From contig CAKZZS010000023.1 of the NCBI GenBank assembly GCA_937884975.1, forward strand, positions 73,853 through 137,852: a DNA stretch of 64,000 nucleotides. The letters are read 5' to 3'. How positions within the stretch are numbered: position 1 is the stretch's first letter; every line of letters begins with the position of its first letter. A model generated the notes under the pieces. It saw only the letters and a list, made by a program, of their open reading frames with translations, searched no databases and was not told the origin of the DNA. This document shows positions 19,830 through 29,150 of the stretch, piece by piece. The translations under genes and the position numbers were made by a program. The DNA is from an uncultured Clostridia bacterium. Its GTDB lineage: Bacteria; Bacillota; Clostridia; Oscillospirales; Acutalibacteraceae.

Positions 19830-21188
19830 ATGAGCTTAAAAAATGTACGCCTTTCAAGGTTTTGTTACTTTATGGCGTACGCTTTTGAGCTAATTCTGTA
19901 TTCCCTTCGCGGTCATTTTATGCCTGTAGGAGTTACATATTTTGGTGTATCGGGAGCTAATTTTGTTCTTTTTGCTTACGGACTTGCTTCTCTTGTCGTA
20001 ATGCTGCTGTGGACTGAAAAATTCACCGCGCTTATTCGTATAAGCGTTGCCGTTACGGCGGTCGGCTTTATTCCGTTTGCGCTTTTGCCTATAGGAAATG
20101 TTCGGTTTGTTTTTGCGCTTATTGCGTTTATCGGACTCGGCGGCGCGGTTACAAGCGCCAGGTGCGGCTTTGCTTTTGCGGTTAATAATGTTGAAAGACT
20201 TGTAGGCATTGTTATTATGTACTTTGCGTGCGCATTTATCAGGTATATTGATTCCGATACCGCAAATGAGTTAATCTGGGCAAAAATACTGCCGATAGCT
20301 GTAATGACGGCGATGTGCGTATGCCTGCTTATGTTTAAGGAAAAGGACTTCGAGGTTAAGGAAATCTCGGACGAAAAGGATACAAAGGGACTTTATTGGG
20401 CGCTTGCGTATTTCATCGGCTATTTTGTAATTGACGGCTATATTTGGGGAAATCTTGACAGTGATAACAGACCCGAATACCGTTTTTTACTTTTGGGGCT
20501 TCTGATTTCGGGCGTAATACTTTTTGTCGGACTTAAAAGCCTTAAATTAAATGTCTGGCATTTATGGAATGTTTGCTTTGTTTTCTGTATAGTAATGGCT
20601 GTTATTACGGCTTTCGGAGAAAACAGCGTTTCAATGAATTTCCGCTATCTTTTTTCGGGTCTGTCGGTAATCGGATGGCCGCTTTGTATCTATATGCTTG
20701 TCTGCGCGCAGAGGCGCTTTGCAAGCTATAAGCTGTTAAAGAAATGCACTGTGATTTTTGTGCTTGTTTCTCCCGTTTGCAATTTTTCGGATGATATTTT
20801 TGAGGATTATTTCCCGTCTCTTGTTCCGAAAGCGACGCTTGTTGCCGTGCTTACGGTAGTAACGGCTCTGCTTATTTTTTCGCCGTTCAGCTTTAAATAT
20901 CTTTTCTCAACCGACTGGATTTTACAGATAAGCAAACGCGATATGGAAATCATCAAGGAAAAGGTTGAGCAGGCTGACCGCTTCGGCAAGTACAATTTAA
21001 CGCCCAGACAAAAGGAAATTGCAATTTTGCTTTTAGCCGCAAAAACAAGGCGTCAGATAGCAGGGGAGCTTGGAGTGAGCGAGTCGACGGTAAAAAATCA
21101 CGTTTCGGAGCTTTATAAGAAGCTCGGCATAAACAGCAGGGTTGAAATGTTCTCTATTTTCGGTTTGGACGGGAAAGACACCGACTAA
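19830..21188 (+). CDS. polytopic membrane protein with C-terminal LuxR/GerE-type HTH (membrane-embedded LuxR-family regulator)
   Basis: About 10 hydrophobic segments, then LTPRQKEIAILLLAAKTRRQIAGELGVSESTVKNHVSELYKKLGI. The start was chosen at the ATG with RBS GAGGGTG; the track ORF starts at 19767. Confidence 0.75.
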   Translation: MSLKNVRLSRFCYFMAYAFELILYSLRGHFMPVGVTYFGVSGANFVLFAYGLASLVVMLLWTEKFTALIRISVAVTAVGFIPFALLPIGNVRFVFALIAFIGLGGAVTSARCGFAFAVNNVERLVGIVIMYFACAFIRYIDSDTANELIWAKILPIAVMTAMCVCLLMFKEKDFEVKEISDEKDTKGLYWALAYFIGYFVIDGYIWGNLDSDNRPEYRFLLLGLLISGVILFVGLKSLKLNVWHLWNVCFVFCIVMAVITAFGENSVSMNFRYLFSGLSVIGWPLCIYMLVCAQRRFASYKLLKKCTVIFVLVSPVCNFSDDIFEDYFPSLVPKATLVAVLTVVTALLIFSPFSFKYLFSTDWILQISKRDMEIIKEKVEQADRFGKYNLTPRQKEIAILLLAAKTRRQIAGELGVSESTVKNHVSELYKKLGINSRVEMFSIFGLDGKDTD

Positions 21189-21233
21189 ACGGTAAAAAAT
21201 GCAAAAAAACAACCAAATAGACCCAACCTACCC

Positions 21234-21266
21234 GAATGTCCTAATTGATATAGGACATTCTTTTTT
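21234..21266 (+). terminator. rho-independent terminator after the LuxR-type gene
   Basis: GAATGTCCTA-ATTGATA-TAGGACATTC followed by TTTTTT. Confidence 0.7.
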
Positions 21267-21319
21267 GTATTATTAGAGTGTAATATTATATTTAAACTCT
21301 GGTATTATGAGGTGAGTTT

Positions 21320-24300
21320 ATGAAAAATTCAGGATTTAAAAAATTACTTTCAGTGATTATGTGCGTATTGCTCCTGACGGGAACAATGCCCTTTGTCGTT
21401 ATCGCTCTTGACGCGGTCAGTTACGTTGATGAAAACGGCGACACATATTCGGTAACTGACTATACAATTGTCGAGGCGGATGCTGACGGCAAAATTGCAC
21501 TTGCCGACGGCTGGAACGTTCTCAATTCAGACGTCAGCGCAACAGGGGAGGTATCTGTTCCGTCGGGTACGGCGAAGCTGATACTTTGCGACGGTTACAC
21601 TCTCACTGCAACGGGAGGTGTAACGGGCGCGCTCACGGTTTACGGTCAGGCTTTGGGTACGGGTACTCTTGATTCCGACAGCTCATCTGCAAGTACATAC
21701 GGAATATACGGAAACCCCATAACAATTAACAGCGGTACCGTAAAGGCTGTATCCGCCGTAAACTACTCTGCCATAGGCGGTACAGTTGTAATCAACGGCG
21801 GTAAAGTTACTGCAACGGGCGCGCAGAACGGCGCAGGCATCGGCGGTAAAGGCGGTACGGGCGGTATGAACTACGGCACAACCGCAAATGTCACCATAAA
21901 CGGCGGCGTTGTCAACGCAACGGGCGGAGACTGGAGCCCCGGTATAGGCAACGGCAACAGCACCTCAAGCAACAGCGGCTCTGTTGTAATAAACGGCGGT
22001 ACTGTTTCTGCCAGGGGCGGTCGTTACGGCGCAGGTATCGGTACAGCCCAGGAAGGCAGAGGTATGAACATCACCATTAACGGCGGCAGTGTTACTGCTT
22101 ACAGCGGACTGTACGGCGACGGTATAGGCAACGGCTGGATTGTTAACGCCAGCGAAATGGGCACGGTTGACATTAACGGCGGTACCGTTACGGCAACAGG
22201 CAGCCAGTGCGGCATTGCAGGAGCGGTTGTTTCGCTTAACTGGACAAACACAACCGATTCCGTCAAGGCTTCGGGCACTAATGCCGCTTATAAGGGCGCA
22301 ACCAGCTTTACAATTGAAAACGACTATGTTTTTGAGAATACAAAAACTCTTGTAACGACCGACAATATAAACAGCACTAAAATCTGCGCTTATCCCGGTC
22401 CTTTTGCGACGGTAAGCTTTGTTGACGATGACGGCGCAACGGCGCTTTACCCGTCTCAAAGGCTCGCTTTCGGCGGAATGGCAACAAGACCGACAGACCC
22501 CTCGGGAGTTGGCAAGGTATTTGACGGTTGGCAGCTTAACGGCTCAGACTTTGATTTCAGCACTGCCGTTACAAGCGATATTACGCTTGTCGCTCATTGG
22601 TCACCTGCGGCGGCTCTCACCTATATTGACGAAAACGGAGAATTGCAGTCAACAAGCAACTATATCACTCTTGCCGCAAGCACTCAGGCTCAAACGCTTA
22701 TAAGCGGCTGGTATGCGGTAACAAGCGATATTACAATATCGGAACGAATTACAGTAAGCGGCGACGTACACCTTATTCTTTGCGATAATTTTACTCTTAC
22801 CGCGCCTAAAGGCATTACCGTAAACAGCGGTAATTCCCTCTCGATTTACTCCCAGACAAATTCGGCAGGCGTGCTTCTTTGCAACAACGTTGCTTCGGGC
22901 AACGCAGGAATCGGCAGTAAGTCTAACAACAACTGCGGCACGGTTACTATTAACGGCGGCGCAATTACCGCAAAGGGCGGCGGATATTCGGCAGGTATCG
23001 GCGGCGGCCAGAACGGCAAGGCAGGAACAATAACCATTAACTCGGGCACGGTTACTGCTACGGGCTACGGCTCTGCAGGTATCGGCTGCGGCTACAATGC
23101 TTCGGGCGGTACAATTACAATTAACGAGGGCGTTGTTGTTGCAAACGGCGGCAGTAACTCGGCGGCTATCGGCGGCGCAGGTTCGTCTTCGCAACGTACA
23201 ATAATAAACATTAACGGCGGTGACATTACCGCTAACGCCTATACTTATACAAATTCAAGTACAAACGAAACCACCGTTTATTACGGTATCGGCGCAGGCG
23301 GCTCTGCAGGCTCGGCAACTATCAATCTCGGCTGGACGGACGACGCTGTCGACAGAATTACAGCAACAAATTATTACGGCACGGTTAATTTTATAGATAA
23401 CTTTGTTCTTGAAAACACAACCACGGTTGCAACTGTTGACAATATTGACGGCAAAACGATAATCCCTTATGACGGGAATGTTTATACGGTTGATTTTCTT
23501 GAGGAGACAGGCTCGACCTCACTTTATCCTCAGAGATTATATGTTGAATGGGATAAGGTCAGCGAGCCTAATAACCCCGTAAAGGACGGCTACAAGTTTG
23601 TTGAATGGCAGCTTGACGGCGTAAGATATGATTTTAATTCCGAGCTTAACTCCGACATTATTCTTCGCGCTCATTGGATGGAGGCTCCCGATATCGACTA
23701 TATCGACGAAAACGGCGAAACGCAGACCGTTCCCGGCGGCAGCTATTCGTTTATTGAATCAACTGACGAAGCTCTCACTATTACGGACGGCTGGTACGTC
23801 TTTATGGGCGACGTTACACTTTCAAAACGCGTTATCGTAAACGGCACGGTCAATATTATCCTTTGCGACGGATATACTGTCGGTATTTCCAAGGGTATTT
23901 CCGTCAGCGAGGGCAATACGCTTAATATTTACGGTCAGCAAAACAGTACAGGTCAGCTTCAATGCACAAGTCCGAATATGTATTGCGCAGGTATCGGCGG
24001 CGCAAACTATAGCACACTCGGTACAGTAACCGTTAACGGCGGCGTAATCAATGCCACGGGCGGTGCAAGAGCGGCAGGTATCGGCGGAGGAATGTACTGC
24101 GGAGGCGGCAATATTACCATAAACGGCGGTACAGTAAATGCAACTGCAGGCCTTTTTGCGGCGGCTATCGGCACCGGTTACAACTGTACGAACAGTTCAA
24201 GGAATACAAATATTGTCATCAACGGCGGTAATATTTCGGCGAACGCGTCTTACGGCTGCGCCATTGGCTCGGGCAATTCGTCTGTCTTCGACACAATAGT

Positions 24301-26794
24301 CATTAACGGCGGCACTATCGAAGCCAACGCCGGCACAGGCTATGCTGCTATTGGCGGCGACGCAAGGTCAACAGTTGATGTACCGATTACGATTAACGGC
24401 GGTACCGTTACGGCGACGGGCGGCAGCGATGCGGCGGCTGTCGGCGGTTCAAGCGGCAAGGATATGAAGGCTGTTGTTATTAACGGCGGCAACTTAACCG
24501 CAAACGCAGGCACAAACGGCACGGGTATCGGCGCTGCAACGGGTGTAACAAGTCCGACGGGTGCTGTTACTCTTAATTGGACAGCTGCTTCGGACAGCAT
24601 TTACGCTTCAAACTATAATGCGGCGTCAATAACGTTCGCAAAGGCTTTCAAGCTCAGCTCTACAGGCACATCGGCTTATGCCAACAGCTCGACGGATAAT
24701 AATATTGCAGATGCTATTATTATTCCGGATACGAACATCACGGTCAGATTTGTCGATTCGGATGGAATTACCGAATTGGCGCCCTCACAGACCATACCTA
24801 ATCAAGGTACCGCAACCAAGCCTGCGGTTACGGGAAGATACGGCTTTAATCTTCGTTGGCTGCTTAACGGAAGCGAGTTCGATTTTAACAGCGCTTTGCT
24901 TGGCGACACTACGCTTGTTGCTCAATGGGTAGCAGTCACTCCCGTAGATTATCTTGACGAAAACGGCGACGCTGCAACCTGCACGGCGTATTACGAACTG
25001 GAAAGCGATACGCTTAACCTCTCGGATGCGTGGTATGTAGTTTCCGGCATTATGTCCTTTAACGACAGACTTACCGCAACAGGTAATGTCAGCATTATTC
25101 TTAAGGACGGCGCGGTGTTAGGCGCTCTTAAGGGTATTACCGTAAACGAGGGCGCAACGCTCAATATTTACGTTCAGTCGGGCAGAAACGGTATAATCAA
25201 CATAACCGCACCTGATTCTGGTGATACAGGTATCGGCAGTACCTCGGGAAATAACGCAGGTACAATTATTATTAACGGAGGCGTACTTGCAGTCAGCGGC
25301 GGTGAAGACGCGCCTGCAATAGGCGGCGGCGAAAGCGGCACAGTCACAATTAACGGCGGCGAAATCACCGCAAACGGACTTGTCGGCGCCTCGGGTTCTG
25401 CGAATGAAAGCGGTTACACAATCAATCTTAACTGGCACAATTTAAGCGACAGCTACTATTCATACTATTTCAAGGGTAACATACATCTTCTCAACGATTT
25501 CTTCTATCAGGGAACGACTCAGCTTGTTACCGAAAACATCAGCTCAAACACAACTCTTATTCCCGCAACAAACTGTATTATTTATATTGATGAAGTATAC
25601 AATAAGCAGGCTTGCACGGATTACACGGTGCTTGAGGATTCAACTGCGGAATCTGTGAACTGCGCAAACGGCTGGTATGCCGTGACCGAGGATACAACCC
25701 TCACGGGCAGAATTAACGTAACGGGCACGGTAAATCTTATCCTTTGCGACGGCGCAACGCTTGATGTCAGCTACATCCGTCTTGCCACGACCGGCTCGGT
25801 TCTGAACATTTACTCTCAGGAGGGCAACACCGGAGCGATTAACGCCGTGGGACAGGTTGCCAATATGGCAGGTATCGGCGGCGGAAACGGTACAAACGGC
25901 ACGGTTAATATTTACGGCGGCGTTATAACCGCAAAGGGCGGCTCAAGTGCGGCAGGCATCGGCGGCGGAAACAACGGAAACGGCGGAACGGTTCATATTC
26001 AAAGAGCAACCGTTAACGCAACGGGCGGCGGAAGCGCGGCAGGCATTGGCGGCGGAATCTCTCATTGCGGCGGCAACATAACAATTAACAGCGGCGCTGT
26101 TACCGCAAAGGGCGGCGCATATGCGGCAGGCATAGGCAACGGCTATAACTGCGGCACCGCAACAAGCTTCCGTTTTGATATCACAATTAACGGCGGTACC
26201 GTAACTGCATCAGGCGGCTCGGGTACATTAACCAGCGGCTCAACTACGGTTTATATCGCAGGCGCAGGCATAGGCGGCGGCGGAAATTCAAGCAGCCGCG
26301 CAACAACAGGTACGGTTACAATTAACGGCGGTAATGTTACCGCAAACGGATGCAAACATGCTGAATCTCAACCGAAAACGGGACTCACAGTCGTAACCGA
26401 TTCGGCGGGTATCGGCTGCGGAACGGGCGGTACAACCTCTGCGACAAGACCTATTAACCTGTATCTCGGTTGGGATAAGGCTACCGACAGCGTTTATGCC
26501 TCGACCTATGATGTCTATAGCATAACCTTTAACGACGATTTCATCCTTCAGGGCACAACAACTCCTGCAACCGATTCAAATATCGACGGCAATACGATTG
26601 TTCCCGTAGTTTTCGATTACGATGTAAACGAGGACGGCTACTTTGATATAGTTGATGTTGCGTTTGTAATTAGCGCATCGGTCGGTGAAATTGAAATGAC
26701 CTCGACCCAGTCGGCGAAGGCGGACGTCAATAAGGATACCGTTGTCGATGCTTTCGACGCGGCGTTCCTTGACAGAAAGCTTATGCTCTACTAA
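21320..26794 (+). CDS. giant secreted modular protein: 5 repeated modules with glycine-rich INGG-type (beta-helix-like) repeats, 3 Listeria-Bacteroides-type repeat domains, and a C-terminal dockerin
   Basis: 1824 aa with a signal peptide. Recurring Y(V/I)DENG...GW(Y/N)...(L/I)ILCDG.T heads followed by I.INGG.VTA.GG..AAGIGGG repeats. (V/R)F(V/L)D..G...L.P...W.LNG..FDF......TLVA.W domains. Terminal DVNEDGYFDIVDV...DVNKDTVVDAFDAAFL. Confidence 0.85.
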   Translation: MKNSGFKKLLSVIMCVLLLTGTMPFVVIALDAVSYVDENGDTYSVTDYTIVEADADGKIALADGWNVLNSDVSATGEVSVPSGTAKLILCDGYTLTATGGVTGALTVYGQALGTGTLDSDSSSASTYGIYGNPITINSGTVKAVSAVNYSAIGGTVVINGGKVTATGAQNGAGIGGKGGTGGMNYGTTANVTINGGVVNATGGDWSPGIGNGNSTSSNSGSVVINGGTVSARGGRYGAGIGTAQEGRGMNITINGGSVTAYSGLYGDGIGNGWIVNASEMGTVDINGGTVTATGSQCGIAGAVVSLNWTNTTDSVKASGTNAAYKGATSFTIENDYVFENTKTLVTTDNINSTKICAYPGPFATVSFVDDDGATALYPSQRLAFGGMATRPTDPSGVGKVFDGWQLNGSDFDFSTAVTSDITLVAHWSPAAALTYIDENGELQSTSNYITLAASTQAQTLISGWYAVTSDITISERITVSGDVHLILCDNFTLTAPKGITVNSGNSLSIYSQTNSAGVLLCNNVASGNAGIGSKSNNNCGTVTINGGAITAKGGGYSAGIGGGQNGKAGTITINSGTVTATGYGSAGIGCGYNASGGTITINEGVVVANGGSNSAAIGGAGSSSQRTIININGGDITANAYTYTNSSTNETTVYYGIGAGGSAGSATINLGWTDDAVDRITATNYYGTVNFIDNFVLENTTTVATVDNIDGKTIIPYDGNVYTVDFLEETGSTSLYPQRLYVEWDKVSEPNNPVKDGYKFVEWQLDGVRYDFNSELNSDIILRAHWMEAPDIDYIDENGETQTVPGGSYSFIESTDEALTITDGWYVFMGDVTLSKRVIVNGTVNIILCDGYTVGISKGISVSEGNTLNIYGQQNSTGQLQCTSPNMYCAGIGGANYSTLGTVTVNGGVINATGGARAAGIGGGMYCGGGNITINGGTVNATAGLFAAAIGTGYNCTNSSRNTNIVINGGNISANASYGCAIGSGNSSVFDTIVINGGTIEANAGTGYAAIGGDARSTVDVPITINGGTVTATGGSDAAAVGGSSGKDMKAVVINGGNLTANAGTNGTGIGAATGVTSPTGAVTLNWTAASDSIYASNYNAASITFAKAFKLSSTGTSAYANSSTDNNIADAIIIPDTNITVRFVDSDGITELAPSQTIPNQGTATKPAVTGRYGFNLRWLLNGSEFDFNSALLGDTTLVAQWVAVTPVDYLDENGDAATCTAYYELESDTLNLSDAWYVVSGIMSFNDRLTATGNVSIILKDGAVLGALKGITVNEGATLNIYVQSGRNGIINITAPDSGDTGIGSTSGNNAGTIIINGGVLAVSGGEDAPAIGGGESGTVTINGGEITANGLVGASGSANESGYTINLNWHNLSDSYYSYYFKGNIHLLNDFFYQGTTQLVTENISSNTTLIPATNCIIYIDEVYNKQACTDYTVLEDSTAESVNCANGWYAVTEDTTLTGRINVTGTVNLILCDGATLDVSYIRLATTGSVLNIYSQEGNTGAINAVGQVANMAGIGGGNGTNGTVNIYGGVITAKGGSSAAGIGGGNNGNGGTVHIQRATVNATGGGSAAGIGGGISHCGGNITINSGAVTAKGGAYAAGIGNGYNCGTATSFRFDITINGGTVTASGGSGTLTSGSTTVYIAGAGIGGGGNSSSRATTGTVTINGGNVTANGCKHAESQPKTGLTVVTDSAGIGCGTGGTTSATRPINLYLGWDKATDSVYASTYDVYSITFNDDFILQGTTTPATDSNIDGNTIVPVVFDYDVNEDGYFDIVDVAFVISASVGEIEMTSTQSAKADVNKDTVVDAFDAAFLDRKLMLY
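21416..26605 (+). repeat. intragenic tandem module repeats (module starts approx. 21416, 22616, 23693, 24944, 25577)
   Basis: Each module opens with tat(g/a)ttgacgaaaacggc-like DNA encoding Y(V/I)DENG and contains many aacggcggt(acc)gtt (NGGTV) units. Confidence 0.8.
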
Positions 26795-26812
26795 ATTAAA
26801 ATTTAAATCAAA

Positions 26813-26850
26813 AAGAAAAAACCGTGGTCCTTCGACCACGGTTTTTTCTT
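26813..26850. terminator. bidirectional rho-independent terminator
   Basis: AAAAACCGTGGTC-CTTC-GACCACGGTTTTTT lies between convergent genes. Confidence 0.8.
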
Positions 26851-26862
26851 TAAGATAAAGGT

Positions 26863-27711
26863 TTAATTATATTCCGAATAATACTTTTTAATAAGTAATG
26901 CAATAATAATTGTGAACGCGCAGCCGCAGCCTGCAACGACAGTGGAAATCGGATGAGTGACTATATTTCCGAGAGCGCCGATACCCTGGAATACGGCAAG
27001 AACTATCATCCAGACAAAGGTGATATTTCTGTTCTCAAGGTTGTTGACATTGTTCAGTATGTTTTCGTAACAGCTCTTTACAAACTTATGAATTTTTCCG
27101 TATGCAAAGAAATTGAGAACCGCCATTATTGCCGCTGAAATGATAAGCACTAAGCCGACAAACCAGCCGCCCATTGAAACCAGAGAGTCAAGAGGCGTGT
27201 CTATCTGCGCGTTGCCCGAAAAGGCGTCAGTGAACAGATTTACCCATTTTGTAAATGAAAAGAAGCAAAGGATTCCCATAAGCGCAAGAAGACCTGCGCA
27301 AACGTAGAGAATAACATAATACGCGAAAACAACTCCGCTTAAAACTCTTATTCTCTGGGGATTAGGCAGTCCCTTTTTGCTTTCCGCATAAATTATCCAA
27401 AGGAAAACCGTAACAAGAATACCCAGTACGTTAAATCCCGAAAAGCGGTTAAATAAGGGCAAGGCGTTTGCTGCGGTCTGTAAAATACAGGCGGCAAGGA
27501 AAAGCTTATCCTTAACAAGTGCGTCCGTTTTCGCAAGAAGCGGATTTATCATCAGCGGCGCTCCCGTTTCAAATACGGGCGTTGGTTCTCCCGTTACGGG
27601 AAGCGGCTGTGAAACGCCGCTGTCGGGTGTGCTTTCAGCGACAGGCGCTCCGCAATGGGGACAAAACGCAACATTTCCTTCAAATTCATTCTGACAAGAA
27701 TTACAACGCAT
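26863..27711 (-). CDS. zinc-ribbon domain membrane protein (function unknown)
   Basis: N-terminal MRCNSCQNEFEGNVAFCPHCGAP, followed by a Pro/Thr linker and several TM segments. Confidence 0.6.
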   Translation of the reverse strand: MRCNSCQNEFEGNVAFCPHCGAPVAESTPDSGVSQPLPVTGEPTPVFETGAPLMINPLLAKTDALVKDKLFLAACILQTAANALPLFNRFSGFNVLGILVTVFLWIIYAESKKGLPNPQRIRVLSGVVFAYYVILYVCAGLLALMGILCFFSFTKWVNLFTDAFSGNAQIDTPLDSLVSMGGWFVGLVLIISAAIMAVLNFFAYGKIHKFVKSCYENILNNVNNLENRNITFVWMIVLAVFQGIGALGNIVTHPISTVVAGCGCAFTIIIALLIKKYYSEYN

Positions 27712-27835
27712 AATACGTCAACTCCTTTTTTGAAATTCGTCTTGATTATATTTTAAAAAATTGTATTTGTCAATTCGCTTTTATAAAAGGAATAATAGGT
27801 GAATAATCACACATATTTTATATGGGGTGAGAATA

Positions 27836-28312
27836 ATGAAAAACAAACCTTGGAAGAATTATATTTTCTTTATATTGCTGACCGTTGCGGTCGGTTTTGT
27901 CTCGGGTCTTTTAACAAGGGAAGGGACTCAAATTTACAAAGATACAATTACAAAACCGCCCTTGTCGCCGCCTGCAATAGTATTTCCGATAGTGTGGGCA
28001 ATTCTTTATGCTCTTATGGGCTATTGCGCCGCAAGAGTAAGCCTGACAAACCCGTCAAAGGACAGAAGGAGCGCAATTTATCTTTATTTTGCCCAACTGA
28101 CCTTCAACTTTTTCTGGAGCATTATTTTCTTTAATTTACAGGCGTTTTTATTCGCGTTCTTCTGGCTTGTCGCGTTGTGGCTTCTGATTTTCTTTACAAT
28201 TAAGCTTTTCAGAAGGGTTGACAAAACTGCAGGAAACCTTATGATACCCTATCTCGCCTGGGTTACCTTTGCAGGCTATCTCAACCTCGGCGTTTGGCTT
28301 TTAAACCGGTAA
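27836..28312 (+). CDS. tspO: TspO/MBR family tryptophan-rich sensory protein
   Basis: Contains PPLSPPAIVFPIVWAILYALMGY, FFWSIIFFN and YLAWVTFAGYLNLGVW. The ATG follows RBS GGGGTGAG. Confidence 0.8.
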   Translation: MKNKPWKNYIFFILLTVAVGFVSGLLTREGTQIYKDTITKPPLSPPAIVFPIVWAILYALMGYCAARVSLTNPSKDRRSAIYLYFAQLTFNFFWSIIFFNLQAFLFAFFWLVALWLLIFFTIKLFRRVDKTAGNLMIPYLAWVTFAGYLNLGVWLLNR

Positions 28313-28972
28313 TCAGATTATATTGACAATGGCTCGGTTATCCCGAAGCCATTTTCTTTTTTCTCCGTAATCGGGAATGTATTTTTCAACCTCTGCCCAG
28401 AATTTTTTTGAATGGTTCATATATTTAAGGTGACACATTTCGTGGACAATTACATAGTCGATTACGTTCAGAGGACACATCACAAGATAAAGCGAAAAGC
28501 ATATATTTTTATCCGAATTACACGAACCCCAGCGCGTTTTCGCCTTTGTTATTTTTATCCTGTTATACTCAAGTCCCGAAAGAGACGAATAGTAATCAAG
28601 CCGTTCCTTAAAGTAATTAAGCGCAATTGTTTTAAGCATTTTTTCAAGGGATGAAAGGGAATTCTTTTCAGGCAGAAGAATTACCCTCTTGTCAATTGCC
28701 GCTTTCTTGTTATCCGTAAAAAGTATTTCAAAATCCTCGCCCAGAAGAGGTATCCTTCCGCCGTCCGATACGCTGTATGAGGAAACCTTGCTTTGGCTCT
28801 TATTAAAGCTTTCTGTCGCTTTTTCCAGCCAGCCCTGATTACTTAAAACAAACTCGTTTATTCTTTTTTCACTGCACTTATAAGGCGCGCGGACAATAAC
28901 CCTGCCGTCCTTATCAAGCGAGAGGGAAAGAGTTTTTCTTTTTGATTTAATTATTTCGTCTGCTTTAATCAT
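28313..28972 (-). CDS. M48-family/YgjP-like metal-dependent hydrolase (DUF45)
   Basis: RWGSCNSDKNICFSLYL...VIVHEMCHLKYMNHSKKFW (HExxH). The start was set at MIKADEIIKSKRKTLSL; the track ORF extends to 29083. Confidence 0.75.
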   Translation of the reverse strand: MIKADEIIKSKRKTLSLSLDKDGRVIVRAPYKCSEKRINEFVLSNQGWLEKATESFNKSQSKVSSYSVSDGGRIPLLGEDFEILFTDNKKAAIDKRVILLPEKNSLSSLEKMLKTIALNYFKERLDYYSSLSGLEYNRIKITKAKTRWGSCNSDKNICFSLYLVMCPLNVIDYVIVHEMCHLKYMNHSKKFWAEVEKYIPDYGEKRKWLRDNRAIVNII

Positions 28973-29150
28973 AGCTTTATTATATTGTTTATAATCCGTT
29001 TTGTCAAAAACGAAAAAGGCTTGAAATATTAAACAAATTATCTTTTGGTATTTTGTAAAAACCTCCAAACTTGCTTTGCACATAGTTACAAAACGGTTTA
29101 AATGTGGTAAAATACCCTTATATCAGAAAGAAAATCAAGGAGGAAATACA

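Noticed and set aside
21965-25438. Long minus-strand and off-frame ORFs inside the giant gene (for example 21965-22459, 22649-23194, 24340-24600, 25118-25438)
   Set aside because: They are products of the repetitive GGC/GGT-rich codons of the plus-strand gene. Their translations are low-complexity (A/V/R/C-rich), and they have no RBS or independent context.
21416-26605. Possibility that the regularly spaced DNA repeats represent a CRISPR array or satellite DNA
   Set aside because: The repeats are in-frame codon repeats of one continuous 1824-aa ORF with signal peptide and dockerin. There is no repeat-spacer periodicity of 28-37 nt.
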